DNA of 63,997 bases, counting the filler, from Malassezia furfur (taxonomy: Eukaryota), in assembly GCA_052055015.1 (NCBI GenBank). It is 14 parts of 14 records of this genome, joined end to end, with 100 filler letters (N's around TTAATTAATTAA, not from the genome) between each part and the next. Parts side by side here need not be neighbours in the genome. Positions count along the whole stretch, not along the records: positions 9,525 to 14,174 come from JBQJIT010000658.1; positions 14,275 to 18,919 come from JBQJIT010000659.1; positions 19,020 to 23,646 come from JBQJIT010000660.1; 11 more parts are not named here. One strand, written 5' to 3'. Below are positions 10,291 to 23,746 of the stretch, piece by piece; position 1 is the first letter of the stretch; each line of letters starts with the position of its first letter. Below the pieces are notes generated by a model that was not told the DNA's origin, made no database searches, and saw only the letters and a program-made list of their open reading frames with translations. The position numbers and the translations under genes are program-made.

Positions 10291-13200
10291 ATGTGGCAAG
10301 CAAGCCCCCCCTCGACGCGGCCTGGGACGCCCAGCCGCAAGATGAGCGACAGTCTCTCGCGTGTGGGGACGCTTCAAGGCAAACCGGAGTACGCCCACAC
10401 CGTGCAGACCGTGCCGTCGATCAGCAGCGTCTCGCTGAGCACCGCGTCGTCGCGCCCCCTGCTGGGCCGCCTGACCGCGTCGCGGGCCAAGCACGACGAG
10501 CTGGAGAAGGACGAAGAGGTGCTGTGTGGTTTCCTCAAAAAGAGCACCGGCCCATGGAGCATGGCGTGGTGGGCGGACGCCGTGCCGAAACACCGTGCGC
10601 CGCGCACGGAGCCAGGGCGTGGCTGGCGCCCGTTCAAGGTGATTCTGGCGCGCGGTACGCTCTACTTTTACAAGGTGCCGAGCGTGATGATCCCCGAGAT
10701 CCGGAGCACGTTCCAGATCCGTGCCTCGGTGTGGCCCACGGAGCTGGACGAAGTCGAGGCGCCCGTTGCGTCGCTGGACGACGATCTGCCGCCGTCGGCG
10801 CTGGCGTCCAGCGACACCACCTCCCTCTTTCATGAGGCGCTCGTCGACACGGTCTGGGAGCAGGCTGGCAAGCACCCCGAGCTGCACCTCGTGCAGACGG
10901 GCGTGCTGCCTGCGAGCTGGACGGCGCGCATCGAGCACGCAACGGGCCCGGCGCTGGCGCACGAGCTCGTGTTTGGCACGCAGCGCGTTGCGGTGCACGC
11001 GTCGCCCTACGGCCCGGTGGGTGACGCGAGCCGCGCGTGCGACCGCGACGAGCGCAAGTTTCTGCACATTGTGTTTTACGCGCTGGGCACGTCCTCGGTG
11101 CCGTTTGACGCGTTCCTGAAGCAGGTGCACACGGCGCTGCTGCTCGCTGAGCGTCTTGGCGCGGTGCACACGGACGTAGGGTGCGTGCGGCGCGTGTCGC
11201 TTTTCCTCGAGCTTTTCCTGTGGAAGCGCCCGCTGCTCCGTGGCGGCCACGAAACGCTCTTTTTCCGCGAGGCCGAGGCGCTCGCGGCGGAGCTGACGCG
11301 CCTCGAGCCCGGGATGTACGTGTCGCTTACGCGCCAGTTCCGCGCGTGGCGCGAGACGTATTGCGACACCGTCGGGGCCCCGACCGACTTCCAGCACACC
11401 GACGCGCCGCTCGTGCGCCGTGCGGCGCTCGAGCCGCTGCACGTGTGCTGGAGCAGCGCGCTGTTCCTCGCGTGCGACCCGCTGGAGGTCGCACAGCAGA
11501 TCCAGTGTTTCCACGCGGACCGCCTTGCGGCGCTGGTGCGTGCGCCCATCACGGCGTACCGCCTGGCGAGCACCGTTTCGGAGCCGCTGCTGCGCTCCTT
11601 CCGCTTTGACGCGTCGCGCCCGCACTGGCTTTCGCATGTCCTCTTGCGCCAGATTCTCGTAGACGACGCACCCGAACGCCAGGACGGCGGCGAGCGCGCC
11701 GGCGTCGTGGCGCACTGGGTCGCCGTCGGGCACGCCGTGCTGCAGCTGCGCGATATGGCCGCCTGGACGGCGATCGCCGCGGTGCTGTGCTCGCGCCCCG
11801 TCGCGTGCGTCGAGTGCGTCTGGCGCCGGCTCGACCCCAGCGTGCGGGAGGAGCTCGCGGCGTGGACCGAGCAGCTCGCCGCGCTCGGATGGGTCGAGGG
11901 CGTGCACACGGGGCTTGCGCCGCGCTGGAGTGTTGCCGGCGCGCCTGACGTGCACGCCGTGCCGTTCCTCGGCAACGCCGGCCTGACACAGGCCGCAACG
12001 CCGCTCCTGCGCAAGGCGCGCGCCGCGACGCGTGTGCAGATTGCCGCACAGGAGCCCGAGTTCAACCGCGTGCGCGCGCTCGCCCAGCGCCTCGCGAGCC
12101 TGTACGAGGACGCGACGCCCGTTGCGGCGTGTGCGCCGCCGATCGCCGAGTGGCAGTGCCTGTTCCAGCGGCTCGCGCAGCACGAGTACCCGCTGCACAC
12201 CGGGATCACCGACTACCTCGGCAGCGCGGTGCTCGCCTCGGGCCTCGCCGATGTGCGTGCGTGTGCGCCGCGTGCGGCGTGGGCTGCAGGCGCGCCGCTG
12301 CCCCTGTTCCCGCCGCCGCTGCCGGCCGCGGTGCCTGGGGCGATGGCGCCGGGCGCATGGCCGCGTCTGTTTGACTGGCTCGCGCGCTACGAGCAGCGTG
12401 GCGAGGAGGTCATGCTCGGCGACGCGCTGCGCCTGCGGGCGATCCCTGAGCCGCGGAGCCGCGCGAGCATTGCGTGTGCCGAGGCGCTAGCAGCGCCGCT
12501 CGGCCTGCGCCGCCTCGCATCGCCCACGGCGAGCTTGGACGCGCTCGCCAACTTGGCGCGCCCCGCCGAGGCCGCGTCGCAGTACGCCGTCGAGGTGGCG
12601 GCCGTGAGCCCCGCACGCATCGGTACGTCGTGTCTCGACTAACCCAGTGGACCTGCTTGTGCTGGGCGCATCGCACCTCGTTGTGCGCTCGCCCGTGCCG
12701 CAGCGCGAGCCGCCCGAGTACCGCGTGCTGCACGTCGTGCTGGACTGGGCGGCGTTCCGCGACGCGGTGCTGTTGGCGCACCATGACGTGCTGCCGAGCG
12801 CGTCGCTGCTCGATGCCCTCCGCCTGCGCTGGGACGAGGCCGAGGCCGCGAGCCGCGAGATGGCGTGGCACGCGCGCTCCCATGTCCCGAACCAGTATCC
12901 CTCGTGGACGAGCGGCGCAGCGTACGCACGCGAGCCGGCGGACTGGAGCATGGTGGCCAAGATCCGGCACGGCGTGCTCACCACGCTGCAGCGCTGGCTT
13001 GCGCTGTGCCCGCACGAATTTGTCGCGGACCCCGTGCTGTTTGAGGCGGCGCACACGTTCCTCGCCGACGCGGCGGCCGAGTGTGATGCGAGTCCGGCGG
13101 ATGCGCCGCGCCTCGCGAGCTTGGTCGAGACCCTGCGCGAAACGTATCCCCGCCTCGCCCAGCATACGGCGGCGCAGTACGCACACGAGCCGCCGCGCGC

Positions 13201-14174
13201 GCTGCCGAGCGCGCCCGAGGGAACGTCGGCGCCGGCGCTCGCGCAGTACCTCGAGTCGATCGTGGCGCCGCTGTTTGCCGGTGTCGTGGAGCGCGACGTG
13301 GCGCGCGCCGCGCTGCTCCTCGCGCACACCTCGGCGCACAGCTGGAGCGCGGCGAGTGCGACGCTGCACGGTGGCGGCGGCGCCCCGACGCTTGCGCGCC
13401 TCGTGCGTCTGCTTCCCGCGCCGCACGCGGCGGGCGGCGAGCGCGCGGGCTTGCTCGATGCGCTGCCGCCGTCGTTGCGTGCGCTGTGCGACGCGTACGA
13501 CGCGATCGCCGCATGGGTCGAGAGCTACCTCGTAGACACCCGCATCGACGCCGACGCACGCGTGGCGCGCATGGCCACCGTGCTTGACGTTGTCGCGCTT
13601 GTGCGCGCGCAGATGGCCCAAAAGGCCGGCGGCAGCATCGACGGGCCGATCCCGCCGACGCTCGTCGAGGCCGCGGTGCTCGAAGGCGCCACGGCGCCCG
13701 CGAGCCTCGCGTACCGCACCGCGTGGGAGCAGGCGGGGGGCGCCGCGTCTACGCTGCTCGACCGCGTGCGTACGCGCGCCCAAGAGCTGGGGCACACCGA
13801 CGCCGCGCTCGTAGGCAGTGCGACGCCCGACGTCTACTGGGTGCTCGCGTGGCTCGCGGCCGCGACGCTGCGCCTCCCTCTCGAACGCACGGGCGAGATG
13901 GTCGCGCTGAGCGGCGCGCTCGCCGTGCGCGACGTGGCACACGCCGTGCACACGCTGCGCGACGCGCCGCACGCGACCCCCGCCGCGCTCGCGCGCGCGC
14001 AGGCGCGCCTTGCATGGCTGCACGAGGATCTTGCGAGCGCCGCGTGGCCGCTACCGAGCGTGCACGCCGACGGGCTGCCTGATAGCACCGAGGCCGCGCC
14101 GGTGCCGCCGCGCCTGTTTGCGATGCACGTCGCGGCGCGTGCGCAGAAGCGCGCGGCGCTGGCGGCCGTGGTGG
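10291..14174 (+). CDS. Large RasGEF (CDC25-homology) domain protein with PH-like N-terminal segment, 3' truncated; 25-nt intron 12623-12647
   Basis: WRPFKVILARGTLYFYK; DPLEVAQQIQ; RAGVVAHWVAVG..LRDMAAWTAIAAVLCS; VPFLG; the intron joins ORF 10291-12642 to ORF 12647 onward. Confidence 0.7.
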
Positions 14175-14274
14175 NNNNNNNNNNNNNNNNNNNNNNNNNN
14201 NNNNNNNNNNNNNNNNNNTTAATTAATTAANNNNNNNNNNNNNNNNNNNNNNNNNNNNNNNNNNNNNNNNNNNN

Positions 14275-14505
14275 GCCGGGCCGCTGCCGCCGCCCGGACC
14301 GCGTCCGATGCGGCAATGGGGCACGGGCGCGAATGCGACGCCGACGGGCGCTGGGTGGCCGGCGCCTGGGATGCCTACGTACGGTGCGGGCCCGCCTGTA
14401 CCCCCACCCATGCCTGGATGGACGCCGTCGCGCGGCGGGTGGTACGGCGGGAACCCCGAGCAGACCGAGGCGCGGCGCGGTGCGGCGCGGCGCGGCCGGC
14501 GCTAG
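14275..14505 (+). CDS. Pro/Gly-rich C-terminal fragment of an unidentified protein
   Basis: Open frame from the contig start to a TAG; composition only. Confidence 0.35.
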   Translation, partial: AGPLPPPGPRPMRQWGTGANATPTGAGWPAPGMPTYGAGPPVPPPMPGWTPSRGGWYGGNPEQTEARRGAARRGRR

Positions 14506-14645
14506 CGGTCATGTGGGCGTCACGCGTGTTGGCGCTGCGGGCGCTGGCTGACACGGCGCGTGTCCGTAGTGTTTAGTCATCCTACTGCTGGGGCCCCTCC
14601 GCTGGTCGGGTCGGCGCTACGACGCAGGCACGCCGCGCGATTGCG

Positions 14646-17600
14646 ATGCCTGCTTCTTCGGACGCTGCTGTGCAGATCGGGACGCGATTCTCACCGTACG
14701 CGGTTCCGGCTGCGACACAGCTGACCGATGCGAATGCGGATACACAGCTAGACTACATCGCGGCGCTCCTCGAGTCGGTCGTGTGTGCGACGCCGCGCTC
14801 GCCGCTGCGCGATGCGTTTGGGCAGAGTGCGCGCGAGGGCGATGTCGCGGGCGCGAACGGCGGCGGCGGTGGCGGCGGTGGCGGCGGCGACGGCAAGCTG
14901 TATCCCGTGTCGCTCGAGGTGCCTGCGGATGCGCCGCCCAAGGTGCACCACATCCACGAACTGATTGGGTCGCTGGCGCACAAGCTATGGCACGTCGAGG
15001 ACGTGCTGAGCGACGTGCCGCTGCCCACGGATGACACGGCGCACGGCGCGCAGGGCGGCGCACGGCGCGCGCACCGGCGCAGCCTGCCGTACCCCCTGTC
15101 GAAGTCGCATCCGCTCAGCTCCGAGTACCCCCTCAGTTTCCCGATCGGGATGGAGAACGATAAGCCGGTGATCCTGTCGTGCCGGACGCCCGCGCGGCCC
15201 GCGCGCACGACACGCACCGGCAGTGCGTCGGAGGCGAGCGCGGCGCGTACGGCGACCAACGCGGCGGGCGCGGAGAAGACTGCGCGCCCCGGCACGGCGC
15301 CGAGCAGCGAGGGGGGCAGCATGCCGCCGTCGCCGTACGCGACGACCGAGGTGGACCCGATCGAGATGCTCAAGCGCTTCAACCAGGAGAGCGGGCTAAG
15401 TGCGGAGGAGGAGCTGATCCTGCTCAAGGCGCAGGTGCAGGACATTGCGCGCGTGTGCAAGGCCGTGGCGCTGGGCGATCTGACGCAGCACATCATGGTG
15501 CCCGTGCAGGGCCCTGTGATGGTCGAGCTGAAGGAGATCATCAACCAGATGGTGGATCGGCTGAGCAACTTTGCGAGCGAGGTGACGCGTGTCTCGCTCG
15601 AGGTCGGCACGCAGGGCAAGCTCGGCGGGCAGGCGGGCGTCGAGGGCGTCGAGGGCACGTGGAAGGAGCTTAAGGACGTGGTGAACCGCCTCGCCGAGAA
15701 CCTCACGAACCAGGTGCGCGGCGTGGCGCTCGTCACCAAGGCGGTCGCGCGCGGCGACCTCTCGAAGAAGATCGACGTGCAGGCCGACGGCGAGATCCTC
15801 GAGTTGAAGGTCACCATCAACGTCATGGTCGACCAGCTGCGGCACTTTGCGAACGAAGTGACGCGTGTCTCGCGCGAGGTCGGCTCGCAGGGCCGCCTCG
15901 GCGGCCAGGCGCACGTGCCGGGCGTGCAGGGCGTGTGGAAGGAGCTGACGGACAACGTGAACCGGATGTGCCTGAACCTCACCGAGCAGGTGCGCTCGAT
16001 CGGCATCGTCACCACGGCGGTCGCCAAGGGCGACCTCACCAAGACGATCGAGATCGAGGCCGAGGGCGAGATGGCGCAGCTCAAGGACACGGTCAACAGC
16101 ATGGTGAGCCAGCTGCGTGTGTTTGCGAGCGAGGTGGTGCGCATGTCCATGGAGGTGGGCACCTACGGCCGCCTCGGCGGGCAGGCGCACGTCCCCAACG
16201 TCGAGGGCATCTGGAAGGACCTGACGCGCAGCGTGAACAAGATGGCCGACAACCTCACGTCGCAGGTGCGCGAGATTGCGCGCGTCACCAAGTGCGTCGC
16301 CGAGGGCGTCCTGACCGAGTTCATCACGGTCGACGTCAAGGGCGAGATCCTCGAGCTGAAGGACACGGTGAACAACATGGTGCGCCAGCTGCGCACGCTC
16401 TCGGACGAGATCATCCGTGTCTCGGTCGAGGTCGGCACCGAGGGCCGCCTCGGCGGGCAGGCGAACGTCGCGGACGTCAAGGGCCAGTGGCAGGTGCTCA
16501 CCGAGCGCGTCAACATGATGGCGAGCAACCTGACGACGCAGGTGCGCTCCATCGCCACCGTCAACACGGCCGTCGCGCGCGGCGACCTGAGCAAGACGAT
16601 CAACGTCGAGGTGCGCGGCGAGTTCCTCGACCTGAAGCTCACCGTGAACAACATGGTCGAGTCGCTGCGCACCTTCTCGACGGAGGTGACGCGCGTCGCC
16701 ACCGAGGTCGGCACCGAGGGCAAACTCGGCGGGCGCGCGACGGTGCTCGGCGTGGGCGGCACGTGGAAGGACCTGACCGACTCGGTGAACACGATGGCGG
16801 CCAACCTCACGCTGCAGGTGCGCGCGATTGCGCACGCCACCACCGCCGTCGCGCACGGCGACCTGACCAAGAAGGTGACCATCTCGGTCAGCGGCGAGAT
16901 CCTCGACCTGGTCAACACGATCAACAACATGATCGACCAGCTCAGCTTCTTTGCGAGCGAGGTGACGCGCGTCGCGCGCGAGGTCGGCACCGAGGGCAAG
17001 CTCGGCGTGCAGGCGCAAAAGAAGGACATCAAGGGCAAGTGGGCCGAGATCACCGACAACGTCAACATCATGGCGAACAACCTCACGTCGCAGGTGCGTG
17101 CCTTTGCGCAGATCACCGCGGCGGCGACCGACGGCGACTTTACACGCTTCGTCACGGTCGAGGCGAGCGGCGAGATGGACTCGCTCAAGACCAAGATCAA
17201 CCAGATGGTGTACAGCCTGCGCGACTCGATCCAGAAGAACACGGCGGCGCGCGAGGCCGCCGAGCTCGCGAACCGCTCCAAGTCGGAGTTTTTGGCGAAT
17301 ATGTCGCACGAGATCCGCACGCCGATGAACGGCATCATCGGCATGACCTCGCTCACGCTCGAGACGGAGCTGTCGCGCAGCCAGCGCGAGAACCTGGTGA
17401 CCGTCTCGACGCTCGCGGGCAACCTGCTCGCGATCATCGACGACATCCTCGACATCAGCAAGATCGAGGCGGGCCGCATGAACGTCGAAGAGATTCCGTT
17501 CAGCCTGCGCGGCATCGTGTTCAGCGTGCTCAAGACGCTGTCCGTGCGCGCGGCGCAGAAGCGGCTCAACCTCGTGTACGAGGTGGCGCCCGATTGCCCC

Positions 17601-18794
17601 GATCCACTCATCGGCGACGCGCTGCGCCTCAAGCAGATCATCACGAACCTGATCGGCAACGCGGTCAAGTTTACCGAGAGCGGCGGGCGCGTCGCGCTGC
17701 GGTGCAAGCTGAACTCGCCCAAGGACGCCGACACGGCCACGCTCGAGTTCTGCGCGAGCGACTCGGGCATCGGCATCAAGCAGGACAAGCTCGACATGAT
17801 CTTCGACACCTTCTGCCAGGCGGACGGCTCGACCACGCGCAAGTACGGCGGCACGGGCCTCGGGCTGTCCATCTCGCGGCGCCTCGTGAACCTGATGGGC
17901 GGCGACATGTGGGTGCGCAGCCAGTTCGGCAAGGGCTCCGACTTCTTCTTCACGATGGTCGCCAAGAAGGACAAGTTTACAAAGGAGCAGCTCACGGAGC
18001 GCATGCGCCCCTACTTTGGGCGCAACGTCTTTTTCCTCGACACGGTGCACGACACCACCGGCGTGTCGGACATGCTCGTGCAGCTCGGCCTGCGCCCGAT
18101 CGTCTCGCACACGATCGACGAGGCGCTGGCGCACTCGCAGAGCATCTCGCGTGTGGACGCGATCGTCACCGACTCGCTGTCGGTCGTGGCGCAGCTGCGC
18201 GCCTCGGAGCAGCTGCGGTACATCCCGATCAACCTCGTGACGCCCGAGGTGCTCTCGCTGAACCTCACCTTCTGCCTCGACTACGGCATCTCGTCGTACA
18301 TCAACACACCGCTCTCGCTCGAGGACCTGTACTATGCGCTGCTCCCCTCGCTCGAGAGCAGCGCCGCGGCGCCGAGCGAGGGCAACAACGAGGTGAGCTA
18401 CGAGATCCTCCTCGCGGAAGACAACCTCGTCAACCAGAAGCTCGCGTGCAAGATCCTCCAGAACCAGGGGCACCACGTCGACGTCGTGGACAACGGCGAG
18501 CTTGCCGTGCTCGCCGTGCAGAAGCACCGCTACGACGTCATCTTGATGGACGTCAGCATGCCCATCATGGGCGGCATCGAGGCGACGATGGCGATCCGCG
18601 ACTACGAAGACTCGTCCAACTTGCCGCACATTCCCATCGTCGCGCTCACGGCGCACGCCATGCTCGGCGACAAGGAAAAGTGCCTGCAGGCCGGCATGAA
18701 TGCGTACGTCAGCAAGCCGATCCGCCGCGTCGAGCTGGTCTCGACGCTCACGTCGCTGCTCACGCCCAAGACGGCCGACGCCGCCCCCTCGTAG
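14646..18794 (+). CDS. NIK1: Group III hybrid histidine kinase (Nik1/Os-1/Tco1 family)
   Basis: Poly-HAMP repeats of about 92 aa (seven AVAxGD-type units), H-box [20 protein letters not shown] boxes ([23 protein letters not shown]), receiver [17 protein letters not shown]. Confidence 0.95.
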   Translation: MPASSDAAVQIGTRFSPYAVPAATQLTDANADTQLDYIAALLESVVCATPRSPLRDAFGQSAREGDVAGANGGGGGGGGGGDGKLYPVSLEVPADAPPKVHHIHELIGSLAHKLWHVEDVLSDVPLPTDDTAHGAQGGARRAHRRSLPYPLSKSHPLSSEYPLSFPIGMENDKPVILSCRTPARPARTTRTGSASEASAARTATNAAGAEKTARPGTAPSSEGGSMPPSPYATTEVDPIEMLKRFNQESGLSAEEELILLKAQVQDIARVCKAVALGDLTQHIMVPVQGPVMVELKEIINQMVDRLSNFASEVTRVSLEVGTQGKLGGQAGVEGVEGTWKELKDVVNRLAENLTNQVRGVALVTKAVARGDLSKKIDVQADGEILELKVTINVMVDQLRHFANEVTRVSREVGSQGRLGGQAHVPGVQGVWKELTDNVNRMCLNLTEQVRSIGIVTTAVAKGDLTKTIEIEAEGEMAQLKDTVNSMVSQLRVFASEVVRMSMEVGTYGRLGGQAHVPNVEGIWKDLTRSVNKMADNLTSQVREIARVTKCVAEGVLTEFITVDVKGEILELKDTVNNMVRQLRTLSDEIIRVSVEVGTEGRLGGQANVADVKGQWQVLTERVNMMASNLTTQVRSIATVNTAVARGDLSKTINVEVRGEFLDLKLTVNNMVESLRTFSTEVTRVATEVGTEGKLGGRATVLGVGGTWKDLTDSVNTMAANLTLQVRAIAHATTAVAHGDLTKKVTISVSGEILDLVNTINNMIDQLSFFASEVTRVAREVGTEGKLGVQAQKKDIKGKWAEITDNVNIMANNLTSQVRAFAQITAAATDGDFTRFVTVEASGEMDSLKTKINQMVYSLRDSIQKNTAAREAAELANRSKSEFLANMSHEIRTPMNGIIGMTSLTLETELSRSQRENLVTVSTLAGNLLAIIDDILDISKIEAGRMNVEEIPFSLRGIVFSVLKTLSVRAAQKRLNLVYEVAPDCPDPLIGDALRLKQIITNLIGNAVKFTESGGRVALRCKLNSPKDADTATLEFCASDSGIGIKQDKLDMIFDTFCQADGSTTRKYGGTGLGLSISRRLVNLMGGDMWVRSQFGKGSDFFFTMVAKKDKFTKEQLTERMRPYFGRNVFFLDTVHDTTGVSDMLVQLGLRPIVSHTIDEALAHSQSISRVDAIVTDSLSVVAQLRASEQLRYIPINLVTPEVLSLNLTFCLDYGISSYINTPLSLEDLYYALLPSLESSAAAPSEGNNEVSYEILLAEDNLVNQKLACKILQNQGHHVDVVDNGELAVLAVQKHRYDVILMDVSMPIMGGIEATMAIRDYEDSSNLPHIPIVALTAHAMLGDKEKCLQAGMNAYVSKPIRRVELVSTLTSLLTPKTADAAPS

Positions 18795-19019
18795 CCGTAG
18801 CATGCACTCGCTCCTCCTACCGGTCCCTATCCATCGTACATACGCTGGCGAGCACGTGCCCGGCGCGGCGCTACGCGCGCTCGTCCGCCGCGGGCGCCGT
18901 GTCGGGCGCCGTGGCGGGCNNNNNNNNNNNNNNNNNNNNNNNNNNNNNNNNNNNNNNNNNNNNTTAATTAATTAANNNNNNNNNNNNNNNNNNNNNNNNN
19001 NNNNNNNNNNNNNNNNNNN

Positions 19020-19749
19020 TAGCCAAAAGGCACTCGACACCGATCCAATCCATACGGCTTGCTCCTCTTCCTCTGGCCACCGACCGCGCGGCATCGGACG
19101 CCGCGCCGAGCTCCTCGGCGACCTGCGCAAGGAGGTTCGCATCCTGCGTGGTGCTGGCACCTGCTTCGGATGTCTGCTTGTCGTTGCGTGCGTGCTGGCG
19201 CTGCTTGTCGCGCTGCTTCGACCGCGCGCGTTCCTGCCGCTCGTTTTCGAGGTGCTGCTCCTTCCACTCGGCGAACGAGAGCAAGGGGTCGCGCGCTGTA
19301 TCGGTGAGCTGCGCCGGTGTTTGTGGCACAGTGCCCTCAATCATTGTACTGCTCTCGAGCTCCTGCGTCTGCGGTGGTGCCTGTGCGTCGGGGACGAGCA
19401 CCGTGCCGAGGACGGCGTAGACGCGGTGCTTGCTGTCCCCCCCCGCGCGCGCAGCAACGGCGCTATTCCACGGCAGCTCACACACGAGGATCTCGTCGCC
19501 AATCAGCGTATTGCGCGGGTCATGTAGTGCGGTGCTGCCCATGCTCGTGGACGTGGGGGGCTGCGTCGAGTCGAGCTGCTGCAGCGCCTTGGCGAGCGGC
19601 GAGACGCACGTCAGGCCGGCGGGCAGCTCGGCAAACCGTGGTGCTGGGTTGGCGCCGGGCGTCACTTTGACGGCGCCCGGCGACGCGGCGTACGCGCCGA
19701 GCGCGCCCGCTACGAGCGCGACCACCGCTGCGACGCTCCGCCCCACCAT
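19020..19749 (-). CDS. Secretory-pathway protein, N-terminal part, probably SUN-like protein Slp1
   Basis: Signal peptide MVGRSVAAVVALVAGALGAYAA; LLSFAEWKEQHL resembles the Slp1-family SFEEWK motif; truncated before any SUN domain. Confidence 0.5.
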
Positions 19750-20008
19750 GCGTAAGAGCGGGGGTGCGCCGATCGCGCCTCCACCCATCGATCGACGTAC
19801 GTCACGTGCTCATGCAAGGATCTGCACGCGCCACCCCCTTTTTGCCGCGTACGCGTGCCAATGCAGGCGCGGATCCGATGAGGGCACGCGACGCGCGCTT
19901 AGCGCGTCGGCACGCACCCGCGCGCTTTTGTCGACCTCCCACCACCCGGCGTGTATTTTGTTGGCTTGGCCATCTCCCTTCCTTTCTATCAACACACTCT
20001 CTTCCCCC

Positions 20009-21361
20009 ATGCTGGTCAAGAGCGCGTTTGTGACACTCCTTTCCTGCGCTTTGGCCGCTGTGGTGTCTGCTGGCGGCACCAACGAGAACCTCACCTCCAT
20101 TCCTCATGTGCAGCGCAGCAACGGCGCCCCCGTTGTGAAGCGTATGGAGCGCATGCACCTGCCGCGCGCCGAGTCGCTCAACCTGCGCTTCCCGTACAAC
20201 CAGGAGAAGATGCGCGGTGTGAGTCTCGGCGGCTGGCTCGTGATTGAGGACTTCATCACGCCCTCGGTGTACGCCAGCACCGGCGATGACCGTGTGATTG
20301 ACGAGTGGTCGTTTGGCAAGTACGTCGACCACGACAAGGCGGTGAGCATTCTGCGCAACCACTACGACAACTTTATCACGGAGGACGACTTTGCCGAGAT
20401 TGCGTCCTACGGCCTGAACCACGTCCGGATTCCCTTCCCGTACTGGGGTGTGAAGACCTACTCGGGCGACCCCTACATCAAGCTCAACCAGCTCGCCAAG
20501 CTCAAGCAGGCGGCGCAGTGGGCGGCCAAGTACAACCTCAAGATCCTCATTGAGCTGCACACGGTGCCCGGCGGTGCGAACCCGTACGACCACGGCGGCC
20601 ACAAGGGCCACATGAACTGGCTCAACAACGCCGACAACGAGGGCCGCACCCTCGAGATCCTCAACGCGCTCGCGAGCGAGTTCAGCCAGAGCCAGTACAG
20701 CGCGGTGTCGGCCATCTCGCTCGTGAACGAGCCGATCGGCGACACGGACCAGATCCGTCGCTTCTACCAGCGCGGCTACAACACGGTGCGCGGTGCCGAG
20801 GGCAGCGGCGACCTGCTTGTGGTGATTGGTGACGCATTCATCAACCCCGCGACGAACGACTACTGGCTGAGCAAGATGCAGCCGCCCAAGTACCAGGACG
20901 TGGCCGTCGACACGCACGTGTACCGCCTGTTTGACCCCACCTCGATCGCCCTGACGCAGGACGAGCGGATTTCGTACTACTGCTCGTTCAAGTCGGGCTT
21001 TGCCAACGCCAACAACCACATCTGGTCGATGGTCGGCGAGTGGTCGCCCGTGTTCACCGACTGCGCGCCCGGTCTGAACGGCCGCAACACGGGCAGCCGC
21101 TACGACGGCTCGTACCCCGACTCGACGCGCCGTGGCTCGTGCAAGAACCGCACCGGCAACGCCAACAACTTCTCGCCCGGCTTTATCGCGAACCTGCGCA
21201 AGAACTGGGCGGCGCAGGCGGATGCGTACGAGGCGGGCCTCGGGTGGATCATGTGGACGTGGAAGACGGAGGACCACACCGCCGACGACTGGAGCTACAA
21301 GGCCGGTGTGCGTCACGGCTGGATCCCGCGGGACCCGACCGACCGTAGCTTCTCGTGCTAA
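20009..21361 (+). CDS. Secreted GH5 exo-beta-1,3-glucanase
   Basis: Signal peptide; RGVSLGGWLVIE..ITPS, GLNHVRIPFPYW, catalytic NEP and GEW, GWIMWTWKTE. Confidence 0.93.
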   Translation: MLVKSAFVTLLSCALAAVVSAGGTNENLTSIPHVQRSNGAPVVKRMERMHLPRAESLNLRFPYNQEKMRGVSLGGWLVIEDFITPSVYASTGDDRVIDEWSFGKYVDHDKAVSILRNHYDNFITEDDFAEIASYGLNHVRIPFPYWGVKTYSGDPYIKLNQLAKLKQAAQWAAKYNLKILIELHTVPGGANPYDHGGHKGHMNWLNNADNEGRTLEILNALASEFSQSQYSAVSAISLVNEPIGDTDQIRRFYQRGYNTVRGAEGSGDLLVVIGDAFINPATNDYWLSKMQPPKYQDVAVDTHVYRLFDPTSIALTQDERISYYCSFKSGFANANNHIWSMVGEWSPVFTDCAPGLNGRNTGSRYDGSYPDSTRRGSCKNRTGNANNFSPGFIANLRKNWAAQADAYEAGLGWIMWTWKTEDHTADDWSYKAGVRHGWIPRDPTDRSFSC

Positions 21362-21584
21362 GCAGCACGGGTATGTGACTGTACGACCCTCGTTTGGGGC
21401 TCCTAGGTAGCCCACGTTTAGACGCCTACTACAGACTTTTTGGACTGCATCTCCGTCTGGCCTCGCCGCCCACGCGCGCGGCGCCCACGTGAAGCCCGTG
21501 CGCACGTGATGTTACGCGCGCAGCGCCGGTGTGCCTTGTGGGGGACGCTGGTGGACGACGCCCTGCACCGCACGACCGTGTCCG

Positions 21585-23646
21585 ATGATGCCTGCGCACA
21601 CGTACGCGCCCGGTGATACCGGCGCGTATGTGCCGGACATGGCGGAACGCGAGTGGGATGCGCCGCGGTCGTTTTTCCCGCGCACTCTGCGCCGCGTCGC
21701 GTCCGGTGACGTGGCGATGCTCGCGGCGCACAATGCCGACGCGCCGCCGCCCACGGCGCGCGCATACAGCCCGCTCGACACGCGCGACATGCCGAGTGGG
21801 AGCACATCTCCGGCGGAAGAGCGCCCGTTGAGCCGCACGGCGACGCGCATCCTGCGCATCTCGCGCTCCTTCTCGCGGCTCGGCGAGCGCAAGAGCTCGG
21901 CGGGGAGCAGCTCGACGCACCAGACGCCCGCGCTTGTGGGACACGCATCACGCAGCACCACCCCGACGCTCGTCGCACCGAACAGCACGTCGCGCATGCC
22001 CTCCGACTCGAATCCGAGCGTGCACGCCTCGACACGCTGGCGCACACGCACGGCGCTGCTTGCCGCGCGCGACTCGCCAGACGTCGCTGGCTCGCACACG
22101 GATGAGCTCGGGAATGTCTCGCCGTACACACCAAGCCCCGTGTGGGCCGACACGGACGCATGGCACGGCGCGCGGCGCTCGGCAACGAGCCCGGCGATAC
22201 GCGCAGCGACGTTCGCCGAGGGGCCTGGCCGCCTGCCGTACGATATGCAGGCGCCCGATGCACCGTGGGCCGATGCGCCGCGCACCACGTCGCCGCTGCT
22301 GCCCGCCGCGTCGGTGAGCAGCACCGCGCTGCCCACCCAGGCGGGCCTCGGTCTGGCGATCGACGGCATGCACCTCGTGCCGCCCGAAGCGCCCCCATGG
22401 TCGGGCACGGACGACGAGGCGGGCGGTGCGGCACAGGCGTCGCCCCGGCGCTCGCGTGCGCGTGGGCTGGCGTCGTCGCTGATGCCTGCCAAGCGGCGGG
22501 ACAAGCCGCTGCCCCCGCTGCAGGGCGACGCAACGCCGCCGCCGCCGCCGAGCGACGAAACGCGACGCAGCCACACGAATCTACGTCGTCTCTTCCGTGC
22601 CGGGATGGGCGACGACGACGAGCCGCGGCGGACGATGGGCTTCCGGCGGCGGCGTTCGGACCTGCGTCTTGGGTCCGGCGGCGAGGCGCCGCGTACGTCG
22701 CCGGTTCTGCCGCGCGCCGCGTCGCCAAACCCGCCCCGTATGCCGCCACCCGCCGTGTCGCTGTCGACCAGCTCGTCGTCGTCGTCGGCGCTGCTGCCGC
22801 CCGAGTCGCTCGCACGTACCGATACACCGGCGACGTCGCAGAGCGACGCACAGAGCGATCTCGAGCGCAAGCAGAGCGTGCAGCGCTACAACGTGCTCAA
22901 GGAGCTCGCCGAGACCGAGTGTACGTACGCGGCGGACCTGGCGGTGGTGCGCGAGCTGTACCTGGCGCGTGCGCGGCTCTACGCCGGGATCCGGACGCCG
23001 ACCTCGTCGATGCTCGCGCCGTCGCCGCACATTGCGACGGGCGCGTCGCCGACCGAAGGCGCGCACAGTACTCTGCCGCGCTCGCGCAGCAGCCGCTCCA
23101 TGGACAGCCTCGAGGTGCGCCATTTGGACGCCGTGCTGCACCATCCCCTCTCGCCGAAAAAGCGGCGCGAGCAGGCGCGGGGCAATGCGCCGTCCGTCGC
23201 GTCCGAGCACGATGATGAGGGGCCGTCGTGGGCGCACCCGGAGCGTACGCCGCACTCGCCGCGCCCCGAACGCACGCGCCCATCGAGTCCCGTGCGTGCG
23301 CCGCCGCTGAGCGTGCCCGATATCCTCGTGATCTTTGCGGGCCTCGAGCCGTGTGCGGCGCTTGCGGGCGAGATGAGCACGCTGCTGTCCGCTGCGGTGC
23401 ACGAGCACGACGCGCAGGCCGTCGGCTACATCTTTCTGCAAAAGATGGCGCAAATCGAGCAGGTATACACCCTGTACTGCGGGCGGCACGAGGCGGCGAT
23501 GGCGCGCCTCTCCGAGGTGACCGCCAAAAACCCCGCGGCCGCCGCATTCCTGGCCGAGTGCGACGCGACATCGCGCGAGCACTCGCGTGCATGGGACCTG
23601 CCGTCGCTGCTCATCAAGCCGGTGCAGCGCGTGCTGAAATACCCCC
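21585..23646 (+). CDS. RhoGEF (Dbl-homology) protein with long disordered N-terminus, 3' truncated
   Basis: RYNVLKELAETECTYAADL, IFAGLE, IEQVYTLYC, WDLPSLLIKPVQRVLKYP. Confidence 0.85.
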
Positions 23647-23746
23647 NNNNNNNNNNNNNNNNNNNNNNNNNNNNNNNNNNNNNNNNNNNNTTAATTAATT
23701 AANNNNNNNNNNNNNNNNNNNNNNNNNNNNNNNNNNNNNNNNNNNN

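Noticed and set aside
15440..17220. Approximately 276-bp repeats resembling a tandem array
   Set aside because: These are the normal poly-HAMP repeats of a group III histidine kinase.
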